A stretch of 41,003 bases of DNA from Nanobdellota archaeon (GTDB lineage Archaea > Nanobdellota > Nanobdellia > Woesearchaeales > CAZZGN01), in assembly GCA_051819665.1 (NCBI GenBank), contig JBNJDG010000009.1:1-41003 (forward strand), written 5' to 3'. The notes under the pieces were generated by a model, which made no database searches, had not been told where the DNA came from, and was given only the letters and a program-made list of their open reading frames with translations. A program made the position numbers and the translations under genes. Shown in pieces: positions 8,365 to 17,686 of the stretch. Position 1 is the first letter of the stretch. Each line of letters begins with the position of its first letter.

Positions 8365-9513
8365 ATGAAGACCATGGACGATATTGAATTCAAAGACAAG
8401 ATAGTTCTTGTAAGGCTCGGTTCGGACGTGCCGATGGACGAAGAGGGGAATATAACCGACGACAGCAGGATAAGGATCTCCCTTCCTACAATAAATGAAC
8501 TGAAAGAGGCTAAGAAGATTATCCTCATGTGTCATTTAGGAAGGCCGAAGGATAACGAGCCCCATCTGAAAACAGACAGGATAGCCGAGAGACTGGGAGA
8601 GATCCTCGGCGAGAGGGTGGAGAAGGTCGATGGATGGGATCCGTCTTCTTCTCAGGCAAGAATCGTCTTCCTGGAGAACCTCAGGTTCAACAAGGCAGAG
8701 AAGAGCAAAGACGAGGAGGAGAGAGATGAGTTCGGTAAGAAACTCGCTTCCCTGGCAGATGTATTTGTCCAGGATGCTTTCTCGAACTGCCACAGGAAAC
8801 ACGCTTCGATGACATCCGTGCCTAAATTTATAGAAAGTTGCGCAGGAAGGGTTGTACAGAAAGAGCTCGAGGTAATAGAGGGCAATATGAGCTCACCGGA
8901 AAGACCTTTCATTTCTATAATCGGAGGTGTGAAAGCGGACAAGCTCGAAACAATAGGTAGTATGCTGAAAAGGGCAGACAAGGTTCTAATCGGAGGAGCT
9001 TTAGCATTCTCACTCCTAAAGGCCAAGGGCTATTCAGTAGGCAGATCCAAGGTAGATGATGAGGGTCTGGAAAAGTTCAGGGATAAACTTAAAGAAGTGC
9101 TGGATTCAGAGAACCTAATACTTCCTGAGGATGCACTAATAGCTGATGAGTTCAGCGAAGATGCGAAAACAGAGGTGGTGGACATAGCCTCTATAAAGGA
9201 TGGCTGGCTTGCCGTGGACATAGGACCTAAGACTCTGGAAAAGTACAAGAAACACTTGGCTGAGGCAGGCACCATCATCTGGAACGGCCCTATAGGTGCT
9301 TTCGAGATCGAAAAATTCTCCTGTGGAACAAGAGATATAGCAGAAAAACTTGCCGAGACAGGCGGAAAAATAATCGTAGGCGGAGGAGATAGCTCTGAAG
9401 CGATCCACCGGCTGGGCCTGGAAGATAAGATGACACATGTCTCTTCCGGAGGAGGTGCTTCTCTGAAACTTTTCGAGGGTAAAGAGCTTGTTGCGGTGAA
9501 AGCTCTTGAATAA
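8365..9513 (+). CDS. pgk: Phosphoglycerate kinase
   Basis: CHLGRP, LENLRF, HRKHAS, DIGPKT, IWNGPIG, GGGDS, HVSSGGGASL; SD GAGGTG. Confidence 0.95.
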   Translation: MKTMDDIEFKDKIVLVRLGSDVPMDEEGNITDDSRIRISLPTINELKEAKKIILMCHLGRPKDNEPHLKTDRIAERLGEILGERVEKVDGWDPSSSQARIVFLENLRFNKAEKSKDEEERDEFGKKLASLADVFVQDAFSNCHRKHASMTSVPKFIESCAGRVVQKELEVIEGNMSSPERPFISIIGGVKADKLETIGSMLKRADKVLIGGALAFSLLKAKGYSVGRSKVDDEGLEKFRDKLKEVLDSENLILPEDALIADEFSEDAKTEVVDIASIKDGWLAVDIGPKTLEKYKKHLAEAGTIIWNGPIGAFEIEKFSCGTRDIAEKLAETGGKIIVGGGDSSEAIHRLGLEDKMTHVSSGGGASLKLFEGKELVAVKALE

Positions 9514-9597
9514 AAGACCTGTGGAGAACCAATCAATAACTTTATATAAATCCCTTGCTCACCGGTCTTTACAAAAAAGCTAAAAGCGGTGACCATA

Positions 9598-9738
9598 GTG
9601 GAACATTTTGACAGATTGCTTAAGACCTTTATGAGAACAGTTTCAGAAGAGAGACCGAAAAGGAGAAACTCGCAGATGCCTGCCCCGTGGAGTAAAGTTG
9701 AAGCGGTCAAGAAAGTGAAGAAAGAATCCTTCTTCTAA
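9598..9738 (+). CDS. Unannotated 46-aa basic small protein
   Basis: GTG start after SD-like GCGGTGA and TATA TTTATATAAA (9541-9550): MEHFDRLLKTFMRTVSEERPKRRNSQMPAPWSKVEAVKKVKKESFF*; fills an otherwise empty gap. Confidence 0.5.
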   Translation: MEHFDRLLKTFMRTVSEERPKRRNSQMPAPWSKVEAVKKVKKESFF

Positions 9739-10127
9739 GGCGTCTCTCTCCTGAGAAAATCTCCCCTGTCGAATGACGGGGAAAGGCTTCCTTTCTTTAT
9801 TTTACCTATACCGAGGATTTCCCCTCTTTCGTTCGCGACCAGGCCCTCATTAGAACTTTTGGACAGGATATTCTTCCTGTGGACTTCCCTGCCGCAGAGG
9901 AACATCCAGATACCCTTGTCCTTTATCACAATATCCTGATCCATCATCTCCAGGAGAGGGAAGCCGGGTATGAACCTGCCTTTCTTTTCCCTGCCCAGAA
10001 AAAGCCCTGCATGTTCGGGAGTATAAGGCACTTTCCCCATTATCTCCCTGACACCTTCAGTATCAAAATAAGAATCATTTATCTTCTCATGCTCAACACC
10101 CTTAAGGAATTCCACGGGATCATCCAT
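9735..10127 (-). CDS. Nip7-like PUA-domain ribosome biogenesis protein
   Basis: AGLFLG, FLCGREV, VANERGEILGIG and DRGDFLRRE match the archaeal Nip7 pattern. Confidence 0.7.
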   Translation of the reverse strand: MDDPVEFLKGVEHEKINDSYFDTEGVREIMGKVPYTPEHAGLFLGREKKGRFIPGFPLLEMMDQDIVIKDKGIWMFLCGREVHRKNILSKSSNEGLVANERGEILGIGKIKKGSLSPSFDRGDFLRRETP

Positions 10128-11193
10128 AATCCGTCAACCTTTTTGTTGTGTCATAATTTACAATAGTCGTGCTGCCTTCCTCACCACCTTTTATGGTCTT
10201 GGTCTCTATATAACCGTCATCAGCGAGCTTTTTAATCTTCCTCTGGAATGTCTTATAGATAATTTCATCATCCTTCTTCTTATATTCCCTGTAGATCTCC
10301 CCTATCTTGCCACCTGAGTTCTCCTTCACTGTCTCTAGTATCTGTTTAGCATCATCCTGCAGATCATCAGTGCTCTTCTTCTTGAAACCGGACATCTTGC
10401 TTATAGCCTTCTCTACATCCTCCATCTCTACCTTCTTCTTAGCCTTGTCCTCTGCACAATTCCCCGCCTCTCTCAACAGGAAGAGCCCGGTCCTTATATC
10501 CTTCATCTCATAGGCCTTCTCAGATATCCTGTTCAAGACATCATTAGAGATAACTCCATCGTGGAAAGCATAGATTATCCTCTTCGAAAGGATCTCCCTC
10601 GTCTCCTCAAGAGAATATGCTTCAAAGATTATCGTCTCAGGAGTGAGTCTTGACCGTATCCTCTCATCAAGTGTCATGTACCAGTCCTTATAGTTGGTTA
10701 TAAGGATCACAGATTTCTTATATATCTCCTCAAGAAGCATATACAGGAAATCGAATTCATCTGCTCTGTCTATCTCATCGAACACGAAAACCGCAGAAGA
10801 TTTATTGATTATCCTCTTAACCTCCCTGAAAAGCTCATCCGTCCTCTTGTTATGGGTTAGCTTATAGCCTATCTGCTCGCAGATATCCACCATTATCTTA
10901 TAGGAGGACCTTTTCTTCCAGCAGCTGACAAAGACAGGATGGATCTCGTCCGTCTGCTGTTCCAGCTCTTTCAACACATGCTTACAGGCAACAGTCTTCC
11001 CTATGCCCGGAGTCCCGGTAATGAGGGCATTCCTCCCGTTCCTGTCGGAGAAGAGAGGCCTTATGCAACTGGCTATGTGGTTCTGCTCCCCGTCCCTGTG
11101 GGGCAATACCTTAGGAACGAAATCATAATCGAGGACCACAGTGTCCCTGAAGATGCTCTCATCCGACTGAAGCATATCCTTGAATAGTGACAT
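10120..11193 (-). CDS. cdc6: Cdc6/Orc1-family AAA+ ATPase
   Basis: LDYDFVPKVLPHRD, Walker A GTPGIGKT, Walker B VFDEID, LDERIRSRL, DIRTGL; C-terminal wH-like region. Confidence 0.9.
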   Translation of the reverse strand: MSLFKDMLQSDESIFRDTVVLDYDFVPKVLPHRDGEQNHIASCIRPLFSDRNGRNALITGTPGIGKTVACKHVLKELEQQTDEIHPVFVSCWKKRSSYKIMVDICEQIGYKLTHNKRTDELFREVKRIINKSSAVFVFDEIDRADEFDFLYMLLEEIYKKSVILITNYKDWYMTLDERIRSRLTPETIIFEAYSLEETREILSKRIIYAFHDGVISNDVLNRISEKAYEMKDIRTGLFLLREAGNCAEDKAKKKVEMEDVEKAISKMSGFKKKSTDDLQDDAKQILETVKENSGGKIGEIYREYKKKDDEIIYKTFQRKIKKLADDGYIETKTIKGGEEGSTTIVNYDTTKRLTDYG

Positions 11194-11324
11194 AGGAAGA
11201 GAAGTTTCGCTGAATCTTTATATAGTTTATGGTAATGTCAGAAAATCTCTCCGATGCATAAACATTGATTTTCATAAAATTTAAATAATATATGCCGGGG
11301 ATTAGGAAGAGAGGTGAAATTTCA

Positions 11325-13193
11325 ATGTCTGATAAGAAAGAGCATACCAAACATAAAAAGACCCAACATAAGAGCCATTCACACGGAAAGAAAGAGCATA
11401 AGAAGCACGAGAAAAAAGAACATAAGGAGCATAAAGCTCACAAGAAACAGCATAAGAGCCATAAAAAAGAGGAGAAGCAGAACCCCTGGGCTTACGCCAC
11501 AGCTGTGTTCGGAATCCTTTTTATAGCTGCCCTGCTCACAAATGGTTTCACCGGTACAAGCACCATGGACCATTGCATAAATTCTGTCAATAAGCTGAGT
11601 GAGAAACACCCAGAGACCGCTGAACTATCAGATATAGCAGTTCAGTCAATGGGGGCTATCCAGGAGAAGATAGAAGAGAAAGAAAGTGAGCCGGAAGAAA
11701 CCTCCGGATCTGGATCAGGCTCGGAAGAGGTCAAGCTTGATTTCTATGTCATGAGCCAGTGCCCTTACGGCACAGAGGTAGTTGACGCCATAGCTCCTGT
11801 AATGGATAAGCTGGGCAGTCATATAGACTTCAACCTGGAATACATAGCTGATAAAGATGGAGATGGATTCAAGAGCCTTCATGGACAGTCCGAAGTGAAA
11901 GGGAACATAGTCCAGCTCTGTGCTATGGAGTACAACCCGGATAAGTACATGGATATGATAACCTGCCAGAATGAGAATGCAGACAATATCCCGGGCAACT
12001 GGGAAAAATGCGCTGAAGAGGCAGATCTCAAGGTTGATAAGATAAGGCAATGTTATGAGGGTGAAGAAGGCAAGGAACTCCTAAGGGAGAGCCTCGAGAA
12101 AGCCAAGGAAGCAGGAGCAACAGGCAGCCCGACCATTTTCCTTAATGATGAGAGCTATAGTGGCGGAAGATCAACAACTGATTTCATGAGGGCCATCTGT
12201 GAGAATATAGAAGGCACTCCGAAAGCATGTGAAGAGCTTCCTGAAGTGAAAGAGATAAACCTGAAAGTTCTCACGGATGAAAGATGTGAAGAATGCAGTG
12301 GTATGATAAAACAACTGACAAGCAACCTGGGTTCACTTTTCCCGGAGATGAACGTGGAAAAAATCGACTACAATACTGAAGAAGGGAAGAACCTCTATGA
12401 TGAGATCGGCGGGAAGAGACTCCCTGCATTCCTCTTTGAAGAAGAAGTGAAAGATACATCAAAATACAGCCAGGTCAAGAATTATATCTCTGAGGCAGGA
12501 GATTATCTTCACCTGGCAGTTGGATCCAAGTTCGATCCGACCAAAGAGATCTGTGATAATGATAAGGATGATACAGGTAATGGAAAGGTAGATTGTGAGG
12601 ATCCTGACTGTCAGGGAAAGACAGTCTGTAGAGAAGAAAAGGAGAAGCACCTCCAGCTCTTCACGATGAGCGACTGTCCGTACGGAAAGGAAGCCATAAT
12701 CTCTCTCGATGAAGTCGTTGAGAATCTCGAAGATATTGATTATGAGGTCCACTACATCGCAAGTAAGACTGAAGACGGTTTCAGCAGCCTTCACGGGCAG
12801 TATGAAGTGGAAGAGAACATCAGACAGCTTTGCGTGAAGGAACATTCTTCGGATGCATGGAGAGATTACCTCGTCTGCAGGAGCGAGAACGGTGTAAAAG
12901 ACAAGGACTGGCAGAACTGTGCTGAAAAGACAGGTGTTGATAAAGATGCAGTAAAAGAATGCACTGAAGGTGAAGAAGGTGAAGAGCTCCTCAGCGAGGA
13001 CATTAAGATCGCAAAAGAGCTCGGCATTTCAGCCTCACCCACCTGGCTTGCGAACAACAAGTACAAATTTTCAGGAGTCGATGCTGAGAAAGCCAAGACC
13101 GAGCTCTGCAAGAGGAATGAAGGCCTTGAAGGATGCAGCAAAACATTGAGCTCCTCAAATTCAGGCTCTTCAACACCTTCGGGGACCTGTTAA
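11325..13193 (+). CDS. Membrane-anchored multi-domain thioredoxin-fold (GILT/DsbA-like) protein
   Basis: His/Lys-rich N-terminus, one TM, two repeats of MSxCPYG...SLHGQxEVxxNIxQLC...SPT, middle RCEEC domain; SD GAGGTGA at 11311. Confidence 0.75.
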   Translation: MSDKKEHTKHKKTQHKSHSHGKKEHKKHEKKEHKEHKAHKKQHKSHKKEEKQNPWAYATAVFGILFIAALLTNGFTGTSTMDHCINSVNKLSEKHPETAELSDIAVQSMGAIQEKIEEKESEPEETSGSGSGSEEVKLDFYVMSQCPYGTEVVDAIAPVMDKLGSHIDFNLEYIADKDGDGFKSLHGQSEVKGNIVQLCAMEYNPDKYMDMITCQNENADNIPGNWEKCAEEADLKVDKIRQCYEGEEGKELLRESLEKAKEAGATGSPTIFLNDESYSGGRSTTDFMRAICENIEGTPKACEELPEVKEINLKVLTDERCEECSGMIKQLTSNLGSLFPEMNVEKIDYNTEEGKNLYDEIGGKRLPAFLFEEEVKDTSKYSQVKNYISEAGDYLHLAVGSKFDPTKEICDNDKDDTGNGKVDCEDPDCQGKTVCREEKEKHLQLFTMSDCPYGKEAIISLDEVVENLEDIDYEVHYIASKTEDGFSSLHGQYEVEENIRQLCVKEHSSDAWRDYLVCRSENGVKDKDWQNCAEKTGVDKDAVKECTEGEEGEELLSEDIKIAKELGISASPTWLANNKYKFSGVDAEKAKTELCKRNEGLEGCSKTLSSSNSGSSTPSGTC

Positions 13194-13194
13194 G

Positions 13195-13536
13195 ATGTAC
13201 AAACAGGCGATACTTGTCAGGCAGGATCTCAAGCTCCCGAAAGGGAAACTGGCCGGGCAGGCTGCCCATGCATCAGTGGAGGCAGCCCTCAAGTCGGCTA
13301 AGGAGAAAGTGAGGGGCTGGAGATCAGAGGGACAGAAGAAAGTCGTCCTCAAGGTCCCTGACAGGCAGAGCCTGCATAAGTACAACCAAATGGCCAAGGA
13401 TCTTGGCCTTACTTCTTCTCTTATTACAGATGCAGGACATACCGTCATCGCACCCGGAACAGAGACCGCTGTCGCTATAGGTCCGGATAAAGAGAGCGAG
13501 ATAGATAAGATAATAAATGAGCTGAAACTTCTCTGA
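13195..13536 (+). CDS. pth2: Peptidyl-tRNA hydrolase, Pth2 type
   Basis: KQAILVRQDLKLPKGKLAGQAAHA, GQKKVVLKV, DAGHT, GTETAVAIGP. Confidence 0.95.
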   Translation: MYKQAILVRQDLKLPKGKLAGQAAHASVEAALKSAKEKVRGWRSEGQKKVVLKVPDRQSLHKYNQMAKDLGLTSSLITDAGHTVIAPGTETAVAIGPDKESEIDKIINELKLL

Positions 13537-13575
13537 TAAAAAGATATTTATACTTCCTCTTTAATATTTATTCTT

Positions 13576-14151
13576 ATGGACGAAAAACAGAAGAGAAGGT
13601 TTGAGCTGGACAATGAACTGGCCTCTTATCTTGACAAGAGAGGTAAATCCAGAGAAAGGTTTTCTGGCCTTAAACAGTATGAAGGGAAAGGTAAAGTAGT
13701 CCTTATCAGGCAGAAAAAATGGATCGAGAATCTTTTCGAATGGATAAAACCTAAGAAGAAACCCGAAGAGGAATTTAAAGGCGAAGACGTCACAGAGGAG
13801 GTCAAGAAGGACGAATCTGAACAGGAAGTCCAGGAAGAGCCTGATGAAGAGCCAGAACAGGAAGAAGAACCGCAGGAAACACGTAAGAGAGGGTTCTTCG
13901 AGAGAATACTGTCTTTCCTCACGTCAGGAAATGATGCTGAGGAGTTTGAGAAGGAAGTAGAGGAAGAAGGCAGTGAAGAGAAAGAAGAATCAGAAGAGAA
14001 AGCAATTTCTAAAGACGATTTCAAGAAGGTTGCAAAATTTACGAAAGATATACTGGAAAAGCTCCCTAAGAAAGAGATCCAAAGGCTTAAGGATGAAGGC
14101 AGGGTAGAAGAATTCAAGGATATCCTCAGGAAATATGACCTGATTAAATAA
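13576..14151 (+). CDS. Hypothetical acidic protein
   Basis: Long ORF with TATA-like TTTATA about 23 nt upstream; E-rich linkers and amphipathic motifs. Confidence 0.6.
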   Translation: MDEKQKRRFELDNELASYLDKRGKSRERFSGLKQYEGKGKVVLIRQKKWIENLFEWIKPKKKPEEEFKGEDVTEEVKKDESEQEVQEEPDEEPEQEEEPQETRKRGFFERILSFLTSGNDAEEFEKEVEEEGSEEKEESEEKAISKDDFKKVAKFTKDILEKLPKKEIQRLKDEGRVEEFKDILRKYDLIK

Positions 14152-14162
14152 CCGGCTGAATA

Positions 14163-15203
14163 ATGTTATCAGATGATCAGAAGAAAGCCCTGGAAGAACA
14201 AAAGAAGAACTGTCCTTTCTGTAAGATAATCAAGGGTGAGATCCCGGCGAAGATAATCTTCAAGAACGACCAGACAAGAGCCATACTTGATATCAACCCG
14301 ACTGCCGAAGGACACGCTTTAGTGATGCCGAAGGAACATTATCCCATCCTGCCTCTCTTATCGGAAGAAGAGTTCCAGGATCTTTTCTCTGTTTCTGTGA
14401 AGATCGCCGATATCGAGAAGGTGCTGTTCCTCAAACAGGGAAGCACAATATTCGTCGCTAATGGCGGTGCTGCAGGACAGCAGAGCTCTCACTTCATGGT
14501 CCATGTCATAGCAAGGAATCCAGAGGAAGTAACTAAATTGAATATCAAGGAAAAGGACCTTGATAAAGAGAAGGTTGAAGACCTCAGGAGTAAACTCTCA
14601 AACAACCTTTCCATTATGCTGAAGGATGATTACAGCAGATATCCGATTAAAGATGATGAGGGTAATGAGGTTCCTCTAAAGCAGAAGTTCACCAAGGACC
14701 AGGTAATAGGTATAATAGAGAAGAACCCACAGCTGAAAGACGCCCTCGTGAAAGAACCGTCAGAATTCAAGAAAGCTGTTCCCCAGAACGAACAGCTGAA
14801 ATCAATGTTCGAGCAAGTGGATATAGATGAGGTTATAAGACATTTCGTTCCTGATTATCAGGGAGGGGAAGAGGAAAGTTCCGGAGAAGAGAAGGAAAAA
14901 AGTATAGAAGATGAAACAAGAGATGAGGGAGCAAGTGAGAAGAGCCATGAAGAGATCCTTGATTTCATAGAGAAGAACCCCAGGCTCAAGGGATTCATCC
15001 TGGATGATCCTGAATCTTTCAAGAAACAGCTGCCCGAGAGTGAGAAGCTGAAAGGTCTGTTTGAGGGCACTGACCCAGACAGGATAATAGCCGAGCTGAA
15101 AGAGAGGGAAAAAACCGAAGGGTCCGATGAAGAAGAGAAAGAGGAAGAAGGATCTGACCTTGACAAGGTCTCAAAACTTTTCGGCAAGGAGGGTGATGGA
15201 TGA
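14163..15203 (+). CDS. HIT-family protein (degenerate triad) with two C-terminal helical repeats
   Basis: CPFCKIIKGEIPA, LDINP, GHALVMPKEH, NGGAAGQQSSHFMVHVI; duplicated IEKNPxLK...P..FKK..P..E.LK..FE unit. Confidence 0.8.
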   Translation: MLSDDQKKALEEQKKNCPFCKIIKGEIPAKIIFKNDQTRAILDINPTAEGHALVMPKEHYPILPLLSEEEFQDLFSVSVKIADIEKVLFLKQGSTIFVANGGAAGQQSSHFMVHVIARNPEEVTKLNIKEKDLDKEKVEDLRSKLSNNLSIMLKDDYSRYPIKDDEGNEVPLKQKFTKDQVIGIIEKNPQLKDALVKEPSEFKKAVPQNEQLKSMFEQVDIDEVIRHFVPDYQGGEEESSGEEKEKSIEDETRDEGASEKSHEEILDFIEKNPRLKGFILDDPESFKKQLPESEKLKGLFEGTDPDRIIAELKEREKTEGSDEEEKEEEGSDLDKVSKLFGKEGDG

Positions 15204-15733
15204 TATACGAAGATGCCCTCCTGAAGGCTGATGTGGCAGAGAAAGGTCTCGTGGAAGGCCATGTGAAAGTACATCCAAAAACAGGGAAGGATTATCTTGA
15301 AGACCATGCTGAGGAGGAGATAGAGCATATTTTCATTGTGACGAGCAAGATAGCTTCCTCTATTTTTGAGACCCTCGGTGCTCAGGGAACGAATATAATC
15401 ATCAATAATGGTCTTGAAGACCAACTTACAATCAACATAATCCCCAGGTTTGAGAACGATAATATTGACTTCCAGTGGAAAGCAGAGCAGGCGAAGCCAG
15501 AGAACCTGGATAAGGTGATGAAGAAGCTCAAGGAACATACTGATTATATAGGGATAAACGCATCTCCCGAAAAAGTTAACATGTCCGGGCAGGAAGAGAA
15601 GACAGAAAATGATAAACCTGCTGAACAGACAGAACCAACAGAACCGGCGCAGGAGAAGGGAGAGGAATCCAAAAATATGGAGGAAGAGCCGGAAGAGGAT
15701 TACCGGATAAGACAACTAGACAGGATTCCCTGA
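15200..15733 (+). CDS. HIT-like protein lacking the histidine triad
   Basis: IYED, GHVKVHPK, GAQGTNIIINNG, QLTINIIPRFEND; ATGA overlap with the preceding HIT gene. Confidence 0.7.
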   Translation: MIYEDALLKADVAEKGLVEGHVKVHPKTGKDYLEDHAEEEIEHIFIVTSKIASSIFETLGAQGTNIIINNGLEDQLTINIIPRFENDNIDFQWKAEQAKPENLDKVMKKLKEHTDYIGINASPEKVNMSGQEEKTENDKPAEQTEPTEPAQEKGEESKNMEEEPEEDYRIRQLDRIP

Positions 15734-16258
15734 GACAGGATATCCTGAATTACTATCTGTATCAGAAGAAACATAATCAATGAGTTCTACAAGAGCATTC
15801 TTCCTGGCCATGAAATCTCCTCTTGACCTGTATTGGTTATAGAGATCAAGCATCTTATCGGTGAGTTCCAGTTTTTTCTCTTCGTTCTTGTTCATATAAA
15901 GACCGGCAAGCACATCATCTATAAAGTCCTTGTCCTTTCCATAAAACACGGCCTGGAGAGATGCTTCATGCTTATTTTCCTGAAGAAAGGCTTTGAAAGC
16001 TTTGGGATCACTCAACCTGAATCCCCGCTGGTACTTATTGAAAGCGTCACGGAAAGAATTCTTCAGAGCTCCGTTATCCGATTCGCTCTTAGCCCTCTCC
16101 ACATATCTTTCCCAGACATACTCCAGAACATCATCATACTTGACACCGAAATTCCTGCTTATCCCATCGACAAGCTCGAATTTCTTGTTCCTGTCAAGAT
16201 ACCAGTCGATGTATCTTTCCACTCCTCCTCTGTTGAACGGCGCTAACTCCTGTGCCAT
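15716..16258 (-). CDS. Hypothetical helical protein
   Basis: Start overlaps the ahcY stop codon; no recognisable motif. Confidence 0.55.
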   Translation of the reverse strand: MAQELAPFNRGGVERYIDWYLDRNKKFELVDGISRNFGVKYDDVLEYVWERYVERAKSESDNGALKNSFRDAFNKYQRGFRLSDPKAFKAFLQENKHEASLQAVFYGKDKDFIDDVLAGLYMNKNEEKKLELTDKMLDLYNQYRSRGDFMARKNALVELIDYVSSDTDSNSGYPVSGNPV

Positions 16259-17655
16259 CAGTATCTGTAATGTTCTGGTTTGTAAGGTCCTTCCTTCGGG
16301 AAACCTATGTACTCTGCCTGTTCCTGTGTCATCTCGGTGAGCTTAACACCCAGCTTATCAAGATGAAGCCTTGCAACTTCCTCATCAAGATGCTTGGGTA
16401 GCATATAGACCTTCCTCTCATAAACATCCTTGTTCTTCCAGAGCTCTATCTGGGCAAGGGTCTGGTTGGAGAAAGAATTGCTCATCACGAAAGACGGATG
16501 GCCTGTAGCACAACCCAGGTTAACAAGCCTTCCTTCAGCAAGCATGATTATAGAATGACCATCTTCGAACTTATATTGATGTACCTGTGGTTTTATCTCT
16601 ATCTTCTCTGCCTGTCCTTCATCCTCAAGTTTCTCGACCTGGATCTCATTATCGAAATGGCCTATGTTGCAGACAATGGCCATATCCTTCATCCTCTTCA
16701 TATGCTCCACGGTTATTACATCCTTATTACCTGTAGCTGTAACAAATATATCCGCTTCATCAAGAGTGTCCTCAACCCTCTTGACCTCATAACCTTCCAT
16801 TGCCGCCTGGAGAGCGCATATAGGGTCCACTTCGGTTATCATTACCCTTGCTCCCTGCGACCTGAGACTCTGGGCAGATCCCTTGCCTACATCCCCATAT
16901 CCACAGACAACAGCGGTCTTGCCGGAGATCATTATGTCTGTAGCTCTCTTCAGGCCGTCAATAAGGGATTCCCTGCACCCATAAAGATTATCGAATTTCG
17001 ATTTGGTGACAGAATCGTTGACATTCATCGCCGGGAAAAGCAATGTATTATCCTTCTGCCTCTGGTAGAGCCTATGAACGCCCGTAGTGGTCTCTTCAGA
17101 AGTCCCGTGTATATCCTTCGCTACCCTGTGCCACTTGTTAGGGTCTTTCTCATATTCTCTCTTTAGAAGGTCCATGACCACTTTCTCTTCCCTGCTTCCC
17201 GCTTCTTCCTTGAGAAGCTCAGGATTATCTTCTATCTCATAGCCCTTATGTACAAGCAAAGTCGCATCTCCGCCATCATCGACTATAGCATTAGGGCCCC
17301 CTTCCGGATGATCGAGAGCCTTAAGGATCATCTCCCAGTATTCTTCAAGCGTTTCACCTTTCCAGGCAAACACGGGAATGTTATTCTTTGCTACTGCTGC
17401 AGCTGCATGATCCTGTGTTGAGAATATATTGCATGAGGCCCATCTTACATCAGCACCGAGCTCATCGAGAGTCTCTATAAGTACAGCTGTCTGGACCGTC
17501 ATATGAAGCGAACCTGTTATTCTTATACCCTTGAGGGGCTTCTCCTCAGAATACTTCCTCCTGATGGACATTAGCCCCGGCATCTCTTTCTCTGCAAGCT
17601 CTATCTCTTTCCTTCCTTTCTCTGCTAAACCTATATCTTTGATTATGGATTCCAT
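16258..17655 (-). CDS. ahcY: S-adenosylhomocysteine hydrolase
   Basis: [61 protein letters not shown]; start reassigned to MESIIKD. Confidence 0.97.
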   Translation of the reverse strand: MESIIKDIGLAEKGRKEIELAEKEMPGLMSIRRKYSEEKPLKGIRITGSLHMTVQTAVLIETLDELGADVRWASCNIFSTQDHAAAAVAKNNIPVFAWKGETLEEYWEMILKALDHPEGGPNAIVDDGGDATLLVHKGYEIEDNPELLKEEAGSREEKVVMDLLKREYEKDPNKWHRVAKDIHGTSEETTTGVHRLYQRQKDNTLLFPAMNVNDSVTKSKFDNLYGCRESLIDGLKRATDIMISGKTAVVCGYGDVGKGSAQSLRSQGARVMITEVDPICALQAAMEGYEVKRVEDTLDEADIFVTATGNKDVITVEHMKRMKDMAIVCNIGHFDNEIQVEKLEDEGQAEKIEIKPQVHQYKFEDGHSIIMLAEGRLVNLGCATGHPSFVMSNSFSNQTLAQIELWKNKDVYERKVYMLPKHLDEEVARLHLDKLGVKLTEMTQEQAEYIGFPKEGPYKPEHYRY

Positions 17656-17686
17656 AAAAAAATGAGAAGTAATTTGTTTTAAATAA

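Noticed and set aside
11194..11324. Replication origin next to cdc6
   Set aside because: Only ~130 bp, explained by two divergent promoters; no ORB-like TTCCAxTGGAAA/G-string repeats seen.
14858..15715. Long antisense ORFs (e.g. 14858-15715, 19746-20483, 9030-9710, 16498-17166, 24891-25505)
   Set aside because: They are shadows of well-supported genes on the opposite strand, with S/F/L-rich composition typical of reverse-complemented K/E-rich codons.
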